Of a stretch of DNA of 10,607 bases, positions 1-6,558 are shown in pieces. Each line of letters begins with the position of its first letter. Positions within the stretch are counted from its first letter, which is position 1. A model generated the notes under the pieces. That model saw nothing but the letters and a program-made list of their open reading frames with translations, did not search any database and was not told the origin of the DNA. This DNA comes from Candidatus Hermodarchaeota archaeon (GTDB lineage Archaea > Asgardarchaeota > Thorarchaeia > Thorarchaeales > Thorarchaeaceae): the NCBI GenBank assembly GCA_048885865.1, contig JBHLLF010000074.1:1-10607 (forward strand), in the 5' to 3' direction. The translations under genes were made by a program, and so were the position numbers.

Positions 1-681
1 GCATATTCGGAAGTTCGAACACTCAAGTATTTAGACTCAGTCAACCTGTATTGGGCTGCATCAGCTGTCCTGTTGCTGCCTCTAGCAAGCATTGAACCAA
101 TGCTGCTGTATGGACTAGGTGCCTTCTTCGCTGCTGTTCTGTCACTGTCGGGAGCAAGTCTGCTAGCTATGGAGCGAGTTCCATGGTTCCCGCCCGATGT
201 GGAGAGCATTCTCTATAATGAACGATTTGCATATGTCGCTCTTTGCGAGAAGAACCAGAGTCATGTGACCCCAGTAATCTTTGTTTATGATGGCAAGTAC
301 CTGTATTTTGGAATCTCGCTCGCCTCAGCGAAATATCGGAAGATCAAGAAGAATCCCAATATCGCAGTTCTCGTGGACTTGAGGGATAGTAAAAATGTGA
401 TGAATAATCGAGCTGTAATGCTGCGAGGGAAAGCGATGATTCTGGGTGAGATTAATCCACTCGGACTCTTCAGGCTATACTTGTATGGACTCTGGATGCT
501 CAGAGTAAGGTCACTCTTCAGTAGAAAGTATCCGCGATACATGAAGTACTATGATACACAGCCAAAAGACCTCCCTCTAGCATGGCAAAACAAACCATTT
601 GTTTCGCGTGTTATGGTTCGGGTCGAGCCTGAGAAGATTACATACTGGAGAGAAGCGAAACCACAAATCCTGAGGGTATGA
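1..681 (+). CDS. 5'-truncated membrane protein with C-terminal pyridoxamine 5'-phosphate oxidase-like (split beta-barrel, flavin/F420/heme-binding) domain
   Basis: Frame 1 has no stop from base 1 (AYSEVRTLKYLDSVNLYWAASAVLLLPLASIEPMLLYGLGAFFAAVLSLSGASLLA...), so the gene probably starts upstream of the window rather than at 73. Two hydrophobic segments precede a PNPOx-like domain: SHVTPVIFVYDGKYLYF, SAKYRKIKKNPNIAVLVD, VMLRGKA, VRVEPEKITYW. Confidence 0.8.
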   Translation, partial: AYSEVRTLKYLDSVNLYWAASAVLLLPLASIEPMLLYGLGAFFAAVLSLSGASLLAMERVPWFPPDVESILYNERFAYVALCEKNQSHVTPVIFVYDGKYLYFGISLASAKYRKIKKNPNIAVLVDLRDSKNVMNNRAVMLRGKAMILGEINPLGLFRLYLYGLWMLRVRSLFSRKYPRYMKYYDTQPKDLPLAWQNKPFVSRVMVRVEPEKITYWREAKPQILRV

Positions 682-1170
682 ATGATGTTTCTAGCAAAGA
701 CTCACAGTGCTCCTGTCAAAATAGCAAAAGAGATTCCTGAAGAAGCTCTTCGCATTCTTAAATCAGGATTCTTTTCCTACTTGGGGACTTCAGAAACGGA
801 TTGCATGCCTCATCTTACAGCTATGTTCTATGTCTGGCATGATCCGACAAAACAGGTGTTTATGGTCACAACGAGAGGAAGTCACAAGATATCAAACATA
901 AGAAAGAATACGAAAGTGTGTGTCACTGTCGATGAACGGAACTCTGTACTACCTGCAGCCAATCGCGGAGTCATGATCAAGGGCCGTGCTATGATGGTGG
1001 AGATGGAGCTTGTCGATGAAGCCATTACGATTGACTTCCTCTCCAAGTACATTAATTTCCTCGGATCTGGATATCCACTAGGAAACCGAATCGCGATTAG
1101 GATTACTCCGAGGATACTATCATATTGGAGAGGCACAGACTTCTATAGATGGAAAAACCCCGATTATTGA
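682..1170 (+). CDS. Pyridoxamine 5'-phosphate oxidase-like (split beta-barrel) family protein
   Basis: Family motifs PHLTAMFYVW, SHKISNIRKNTKVCVTVD, GVMIKGRA, IRITPRILSYW. GAGGGT SD-like element at 672-677. Starts directly after the upstream TGA. Confidence 0.85.
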   Translation: MMFLAKTHSAPVKIAKEIPEEALRILKSGFFSYLGTSETDCMPHLTAMFYVWHDPTKQVFMVTTRGSHKISNIRKNTKVCVTVDERNSVLPAANRGVMIKGRAMMVEMELVDEAITIDFLSKYINFLGSGYPLGNRIAIRITPRILSYWRGTDFYRWKNPDY

Positions 1171-1180
1171 GCAGATTTTG

Positions 1181-1240
1181 GTTTCAGCAGGAAACTCAGA
1201 GTGCTTCGATGGCGAAACTTTCGAAATCGAACATGAAACT
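1181..1240. promoter_or_regulatory. Candidate operator region: 27-bp imperfect palindrome plus three GAAACT direct repeats
   Basis: TTCGAT-gg-CGAAA-c-TTTCG-aa-ATCGAA at 1205-1231 (11 of 13 pairs match). GAAACT at 1191, 1214 and 1235. GTTTC-N5-GAAAC at 1181-1195. Confidence 0.5.
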
Positions 1241-1263
1241 CGCGTCTTATGATACATTACATC

Positions 1264-1278
1264 CGGTAAGGTTTTTTA
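1264..1278 (+). promoter_or_regulatory. Putative archaeal BRE/TATA promoter
   Basis: CGGTAAGG followed by TTTTTTA, about 50 bp upstream of the likely start codon of the next gene. Confidence 0.45.
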
Positions 1279-1326
1279 CTGGGTAGTTAGCCGCTGTGCC
1301 TCATTGCACAACCTCTGGTGACAGCT

Positions 1327-2511
1327 GTGAAACGAAGATCAAGAAATGCCATTATTGTTGTGTTAGCTGTTGCTTTTGTCCTCGTGTTGGCATCTCAGTC
1401 TATAGTTGCATTTACGACTGACCAGGGAACCTGTAATGATCCATTATGCCACACTACTGCAACTGCAATAGCCGTAAGCACAGATGCGTCGGTGGACGTT
1501 AACGAAGGAGAGCAATTCTCATTCGTGGTTCGAGCAACTGCAACTGCAGGACCAACCACTTTGGTACTAAAGCTCCCACTTGACCTTCAGGATAATGCGC
1601 TATTTAATGTGCCAGGTGATGGATTGGTACGTGACGGTGATGCGGCCGACCTAGATCCAGACGCTCTTGAGCTCGAAGTAAATTATACGCTAACAGCGCC
1701 TAGTTTATCAGGCTCCTATGTTCTCGAGATATGGGCTGCTGGGAATGGCGGTCATGCAGACATGACGTCAATCACTGTCAATGTTCTCCATGTGGGTGAG
1801 GGGCCTGCGTTCTCTAGCTTTAGCCAAATTCCTGCCGCACCCTTTGACAATGAAAGTGTCTTGGTTTCGGTGAACATTAGCTCCGAAGCGGGCATTGCTT
1901 CAGCTGTACTTCAATATCGTGTCAACACTACGATAGAATGGACCAATGTCACCATGAATCTAGTTGGTGGATTCTACCAGGCAACGATTCCAAGATTCCC
2001 TCCAGGTACGACAATTGAATATCGAATCGTCGCAAGGGATGGAAACGGAATTGAAGTTGTCACCGACCCGCCTCTGAAGTACACTGTGCGGGCCATACCA
2101 CCTATTCAGATGCACTACGGCTTCTACTTGGGTGCTCCTGCACTAATACTTGCGTACCTGGGCACCGCGCTTGAGTACTATGACGAGGAAAGATTCACCA
2201 GAATACATGGCTTTATGTTAACATTGGCATACTTCTTGACTTTGATCAATGTACTCTGGCTGTTTCAGGAGGATCCAGGGGCTTGGACAGCATTGAACCC
2301 ATCATACCTGATTAATCCTGCAGAGCTAATGCTCTTTATTCACTCCTGGCATATTTGGCTCGGAATAATCAGTATGATTCTTGGAACACTAGCCATCATC
2401 ACCCACATCGCAGGGTGGAAAACATGTAATCTCGGCCTACCAGCAGTATTGATGTGGACAATACTTGGGCTGACAGGATTTTACCTAAACGCAGTTGGAT
2501 TCTTGATGTGA
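1327..2511 (+). CDS. Exported CX4CH-motif (putative heme c) Reeler-like + Ig-like protein with C-terminal His-rich 4-TM cytochrome b-like domain
   Basis: GGTGA SD at 1317-1321 favours GTG 1327 over 1318. Signal peptide MKRRSRNAIIVVLAVAFVLVLASQSIVA. CNDPLCH at 1432-1452. Beta-rich domain ending TAPSLSGSYVLEIW. Ig-like domain at about 1801-2090 (YQATIP...IEYRIVARD). Four hydrophobic helices at 2113-2508 with His in MHYG, RIHGFM, IHSWHIWLG and THIAG. Five NxS/T sequons. Confidence 0.7.
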   Translation: MKRRSRNAIIVVLAVAFVLVLASQSIVAFTTDQGTCNDPLCHTTATAIAVSTDASVDVNEGEQFSFVVRATATAGPTTLVLKLPLDLQDNALFNVPGDGLVRDGDAADLDPDALELEVNYTLTAPSLSGSYVLEIWAAGNGGHADMTSITVNVLHVGEGPAFSSFSQIPAAPFDNESVLVSVNISSEAGIASAVLQYRVNTTIEWTNVTMNLVGGFYQATIPRFPPGTTIEYRIVARDGNGIEVVTDPPLKYTVRAIPPIQMHYGFYLGAPALILAYLGTALEYYDEERFTRIHGFMLTLAYFLTLINVLWLFQEDPGAWTALNPSYLINPAELMLFIHSWHIWLGIISMILGTLAIITHIAGWKTCNLGLPAVLMWTILGLTGFYLNAVGFLM

Positions 2512-2516
2512 TAACT

Positions 2517-3980
2517 ATGACTGAAGAACAAGTTGAACAAGTTGAAACAGTAACGCAAGATTACGAAGACGCAGTCATGAGAGACCTTGCGGCTGCTGTG
2601 AGTCGAGATAGAGTTTCGGACATGCTATTGGAGAGAATTGTATACAGCGGCGATCCAGCAGCACTTCCACAATTTCACTACAGATGGAAAGGAAAATACC
2701 TTGTCGATTATGTTGTGAGAGTTGAAAACATTGATGAGGTCAAGGAAGTCCTTGCGACTGCTGCGGGACATAACATTCCTGTCATTCCAAGAGGCGGGGC
2801 ATCAAGTTGCCTAGGTTCGTCAAGTCCTACGAGAGGCGGGATATCACTTGACATGAAACGAATGGATGCGATACTGGAAATCAACACCAAAGAAGGATAC
2901 GTGAGGATTGAACCAGGCGTTCCTTTTGAGAGGCTGGATATTGAACTCGCAAAGGTTGGCAAGACCATCGGGATATATCCTACTAGTGCGAAATCAGCTG
3001 TCATAGGAGGATGGATTGGCTGTGGAGGAGCGGCGGGTATAGGCACGCCCTACTATGGAGCCCTTAAAGACAACATCCTCGAAATAAAAGTAGTAAATCC
3101 AGATGGCGAGTTGGTGGAGGTCAGCGGAGATGACATCGATCTTTTCGTAGGTTCGTATGGCATACTTGGTGTCATTGTCGAAGTGAAAATGAAGATTCAC
3201 GACAAGCCTGAAGACTTCATCCCATTCAGCTATGGATTCGACCTATTGGAGAATTTGTGTAACGCAATGCGGCATATCTCTTCCATCGAAAGGAAACCCA
3301 TCCATCTGAAGATTGCAGACAAGGACTTCCAGAGCTATAGCAATGCTCTTGAAAAGGGCAATTACGTCTTGACCGTCGTATATCCGAATCAACCGGAAAA
3401 GGTACCAATTGATGACCTCAAAAGAGCAATTGCTGACAATGGAGGCATGGAACTTGGAGTTGAATATGCAGCTCATGAGTGGACTCTTCGTTATGACTGT
3501 GAATTCAATCCCAAGGAGCATTGTGACACACTGATGTTTCAAGAGGTTCTGATCGAAGTCGACAAGCTCTACGACTTGCTCAAGAAATATGAGGCGTACA
3601 AGAAGTCTCATAAAATCCCTGCAATCTGGTTTGCAATGTTGGGCAATCCCGGATGGGTGAGGGCTGAACTCATGGCAATGCTTAGTCCGGACCAGTATCT
3701 CAAATTCATTGCCAGCAAAGGCATCCTTCATAAAATGGTGAAGAAGGGCATTTCGCTAGGCGGAGGACCCTACACAATTGGCCTTCAAAATTCAATCTAT
3801 ATGAAGTATGCATATCCTCAGAGATTTGAAATGATGAAGACAGCAAAGGAAAAATGGGACCGGAACAATATCATGAATCCAGATCGGGTGACATCGTGCA
3901 TGACATCATTCTTCAGGATTAATGTGTTGTTTGCGATGGCAGCTGGAATAAGGCGGCTATCTAGATATGTGGGGAGATGA
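2517..3980 (+). CDS. FAD-binding oxidoreductase, GlcD/VAO-PCMH family, substrate unknown
   Basis: PCMH-type FAD-binding motifs: IPVIPRGGASS, ISLDMKRMD, VRIEPGV, YPTSAKSAVIGG, FVGSYGILGVI, C-terminal DRNNIMNP. ATG 2517 lies 5 nt after the upstream stop and avoids the 58-nt overlap implied by a start at 2454. Confidence 0.9.
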   Translation: MTEEQVEQVETVTQDYEDAVMRDLAAAVSRDRVSDMLLERIVYSGDPAALPQFHYRWKGKYLVDYVVRVENIDEVKEVLATAAGHNIPVIPRGGASSCLGSSSPTRGGISLDMKRMDAILEINTKEGYVRIEPGVPFERLDIELAKVGKTIGIYPTSAKSAVIGGWIGCGGAAGIGTPYYGALKDNILEIKVVNPDGELVEVSGDDIDLFVGSYGILGVIVEVKMKIHDKPEDFIPFSYGFDLLENLCNAMRHISSIERKPIHLKIADKDFQSYSNALEKGNYVLTVVYPNQPEKVPIDDLKRAIADNGGMELGVEYAAHEWTLRYDCEFNPKEHCDTLMFQEVLIEVDKLYDLLKKYEAYKKSHKIPAIWFAMLGNPGWVRAELMAMLSPDQYLKFIASKGILHKMVKKGISLGGGPYTIGLQNSIYMKYAYPQRFEMMKTAKEKWDRNNIMNPDRVTSCMTSFFRINVLFAMAAGIRRLSRYVGR

Positions 3981-3985
3981 GGTGA
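3979..3985 (+). promoter_or_regulatory. Shine-Dalgarno sequence GAGGTGA
   Basis: Archaeal-type SD overlapping the upstream stop codon, 7 nt before ATG 3993. Confidence 0.75.
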
Positions 3986-3992
3986 CTAGATA

Positions 3993-5117
3993 ATGAGAGT
4001 TGACATTGAAAAGAAAGTAATGCGTCATTGTGGATCCTGTAATTACTGTCGCGATACATGCCCAATGTATATAGAATTGGGTTCCGAACTTGACAGTCCG
4101 GGAGGAAAAATCAGGGCACTCAGAGCGTACGGTGAAAAGATGAGAAAGCCACCTCAGGAGCTGCTTGAAAGGCTCTATTGCGCTGACTGCAGAAGGTGCG
4201 AAGCGATTTGTCCTGCGGGAGTGCCTGTGACACACATATGGCATGATGCCAAGGCGACTCTCCTCAATAGCGGGGGAGAAATGTCAGAGAGCCTATTGAA
4301 AGTGATTGATTGGCTTGACAAGGAAGGAACGCCGTTTATAGGATACGAATCCGATGATCGAACTATCTGGGCTGAAGACTTGGAGCTTCCTGAAAAATCA
4401 AACACAGCTATATTCAGCGGCTGCATGGGGAGCTTCTGGTTCCCAGACCAACCAGAGATGGTTGTAGACATGCTTCAGAAATTGAAGGTCGATGCAGGAT
4501 ATGTTCCCAGTGAGGTCTGTTGTGGGTTGATGTCCTACTGGGCAGGTGATGATGAAGGCTTCAAGAGAATTGCACAGCAGAACTATGAGATGTTCAAGAA
4601 GGCGGGGATTCAACACATAGTCACAGGATGTGGTGGTTGCTATGGAACATTGGCTGAACACTATGAGCATCTTGTTCCAGGATTTGATGTGGAGATCCAT
4701 CACACTGTTGATGTGCTAGCCGACATGGTTCGTAATGGTGTCCTGACCTTCAAGGGGAAGGAAGGCACCTACACATTCCATGACAGCTGCCATCTCGGTA
4801 GGGCGCTGGGTATCTATGAGCCCCCAAGAGAAATAATCAGAGCGATTCCAGATTTAGAATTCGTTGAGCTTCCAAACAATAGGGAGAACTCCAATTGCTG
4901 TGGAGGTTTCCTGACAGTTCTAGACCCGAATTTATCCGAATCCGTCGGTAAGAGAAGGGTTAATGAAGCCGTTGAGCTAGGTGTGGACGGAATGATTACT
5001 GAATGTGTATCATGTTTCAAGAACTTGAGCTACTGTGCACGTGAGACAGACCTCGAAGTCATTCAGCTCGATGAGGTAATTTTGGATCTTGCACAGTCAT
5101 CTCTAGTAGAGGAGTGA
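3993..5117 (+). CDS. Fe-S oxidoreductase, GlcF/HdrD-like (2x[4Fe-4S] plus two CCG domains)
   Basis: Ferredoxin motifs CGSCNYCRDTCP and CADCRRCEAICP. CCG domain 1: FSGC...VCCG...GCGGC. CCG domain 2: HDSCHLGR...NCCGG...ECVSC. Confidence 0.92.
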   Translation: MRVDIEKKVMRHCGSCNYCRDTCPMYIELGSELDSPGGKIRALRAYGEKMRKPPQELLERLYCADCRRCEAICPAGVPVTHIWHDAKATLLNSGGEMSESLLKVIDWLDKEGTPFIGYESDDRTIWAEDLELPEKSNTAIFSGCMGSFWFPDQPEMVVDMLQKLKVDAGYVPSEVCCGLMSYWAGDDEGFKRIAQQNYEMFKKAGIQHIVTGCGGCYGTLAEHYEHLVPGFDVEIHHTVDVLADMVRNGVLTFKGKEGTYTFHDSCHLGRALGIYEPPREIIRAIPDLEFVELPNNRENSNCCGGFLTVLDPNLSESVGKRRVNEAVELGVDGMITECVSCFKNLSYCARETDLEVIQLDEVILDLAQSSLVEE

Positions 5118-5124
5118 GAACTAA

Positions 5125-6456
5125 ATGAGTGAATCAAGAAAGGGGACCAGGGTTGTTGTTGTAGGCGCTGGCATAGCTGGATTCAGCTGTGCATTAGAGC
5201 TTAAAGGACTCAAGGCACGATGTACAATTCTGGAGAAAGAGAAGACTGTGGGTGGAAGAGCACGATCCTTCACCGAGTCGGGATATGTATTCGACCAAGG
5301 CCTCCACTTTTTCGTTGGTGGTTTCAAATCACTGATACCTATTCTCGAACGAAGCGGAATCAGGATGACCACTGTGGGAGAGGGAGCTGTCTGGCTCAAG
5401 GGTGGTGAAAGACATATTGTCCGGAAGTCAGCTGTGGACCTCGCCAAGTTTGGGCTATTGCCAGTGGCAGACAGGGCACGTCTCGGCTTGCTTGTTCAAG
5501 AGAGTATGAATCGTCCCGATGAAGAGTTCCTCGAACTCGATAAGATGACCTTCTCTCAATACGCAGAGGAGAAGGGCATAGCGGAGTCCATCCAGGAAGA
5601 CTTCTATGATCCACTGATTAGAACCGTGACCTTCATGCCTCCAGACGAGGTTTCTGCTGGCCAGTATCTATACTCTGAGAAGCAGAGGTTTGCATACGAG
5701 GATGGATTCAAGGCTATGTATCCGGAACGAGGAGGACTTGGAAGTGTCCCATATACTCTCATGCTTCAGGCACGCAATTTTGCGGTAGAGCCAAAGGTGA
5801 ACTGCACAGTAAAGCAAATCATCGTGGAAGACGGCAAGGTTCAAGGTGTCGATTATGAACAAGATGGCAAGGACCAGCATGTTGATGCCGATGCCGTTGT
5901 GGTGACTACCCCAATTGATCTTCTTCCAAATCTTGTGAACATGAGCAAACTCCCTGGTGATTTCGCTAAGGCAGTTGGCAAATTCAATTATGCTCCATCG
6001 ACCGTAGCCTACTTCGGGCTTTCTTCCCGTGTGCTTGATTTCAACGTTGGGGCCTTTGTCCCTGGTAAGAAAATCAACATTGTTGCAGAGGCTAAACGGG
6101 TTTCTGGGGTTCTTGCTCCTATTGGAGAATCACTCCTGACTGTCACCGGCATTGACAAAGAACTCCTCAAGATGAGCGATGAAGAGGCTACTGAGGAAAT
6201 CCTCAACGAATTAAAGGAACTCATACCAGGTATTGAAAAGAAAGTCACCTGGAAGAAGAGCTGGAAGATTTGGCGATCGGTCCTATCTCAGCCACCAGGC
6301 ATTCTTGAAGATCGACTCAAGACAAACAGGACAGGAGTCGAAGGGCTCTATGTTGCAGGATCATTTGCGAACTGTGGTATATACTATGCTAGCATGGAAG
6401 CAGCTTCGAAGTCTGGCATTGCCTGCGCAGGGGAAATGATTAAGGACCTTTCCTAG
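5125..6456 (+). CDS. FAD-dependent oxidoreductase, flavin amine-oxidase superfamily, phytoene/zeta-carotene desaturase- or HpnE-like
   Basis: Rossmann motif VVVVGAGIAG...LEKEKTVGGRARS. Also DQGLHFFVGGF, FYDPLIRTVTFMPPDEVSA, and C-terminal GLYVAGS...ASMEAASKSG. GAGGAGTGA SD at 5109-5117. Confidence 0.8.
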   Translation: MSESRKGTRVVVVGAGIAGFSCALELKGLKARCTILEKEKTVGGRARSFTESGYVFDQGLHFFVGGFKSLIPILERSGIRMTTVGEGAVWLKGGERHIVRKSAVDLAKFGLLPVADRARLGLLVQESMNRPDEEFLELDKMTFSQYAEEKGIAESIQEDFYDPLIRTVTFMPPDEVSAGQYLYSEKQRFAYEDGFKAMYPERGGLGSVPYTLMLQARNFAVEPKVNCTVKQIIVEDGKVQGVDYEQDGKDQHVDADAVVVTTPIDLLPNLVNMSKLPGDFAKAVGKFNYAPSTVAYFGLSSRVLDFNVGAFVPGKKINIVAEAKRVSGVLAPIGESLLTVTGIDKELLKMSDEEATEEILNELKELIPGIEKKVTWKKSWKIWRSVLSQPPGILEDRLKTNRTGVEGLYVAGSFANCGIYYASMEAASKSGIACAGEMIKDLS

Positions 6457-6469
6457 CATTATAAGAGAT

Positions 6470-6510
6470 CCGGAGCGCCTTTAGGAGGCCTCCGGCATCC
6501 CTTCATTTTT
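6470..6510 (+). terminator. GC-rich hairpin followed by T-tract, putative terminator or processing site
   Basis: CCGGAG-c-GCCT-[TTAGG]-AGGC-CTCCGG at 6470-6495, then TTTTT at 6506-6510, just after the stop at 6456. Confidence 0.5.
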
Positions 6511-6558
6511 GAACCTAGCCTAACAGTCTTAAGGCGGAGCAATTGACATTCTTTTGGG

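Noticed and set aside
679-681. TGA as selenocysteine
   Set aside because: It sits in an inter-domain position rather than a Cys-type catalytic site, and I could not identify a convincing SECIS.
1327-1410. Tat export of the two CXnCH proteins (KRRSRN and HRRMTL)
   Set aside because: Both have RR but neither matches S/T-R-R-x-F-L-K, so Sec export is more parsimonious. SignalP/TatFind would settle it.
2454-2516. ORF-track start at 2454 (likewise 73, 1318 and 9622)
   Set aside because: Overlap, SD position and signal-peptide shape favour 2517, 1327 and 9688. The first gene is open to the window edge.
2526-2546. Short tandem repeat GAACAAGTT x2 (EQVEQVE); also the ACT/ACC/CCT-rich stretch at 10144-10209
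   Set aside because: These are low-complexity coding segments (acidic N-terminus and Thr/Pro linker), not CRISPR or mobile-element repeats.
6454-6558. Pyrrolysine/selenocysteine readthrough fusing the desaturase-like gene to the in-frame CCG gene, with the hairpin as a recoding element
   Set aside because: It would need both TAG 6454 and TGA 6544 to be recoded. Both proteins look complete alone and the intervening peptide is unremarkable.
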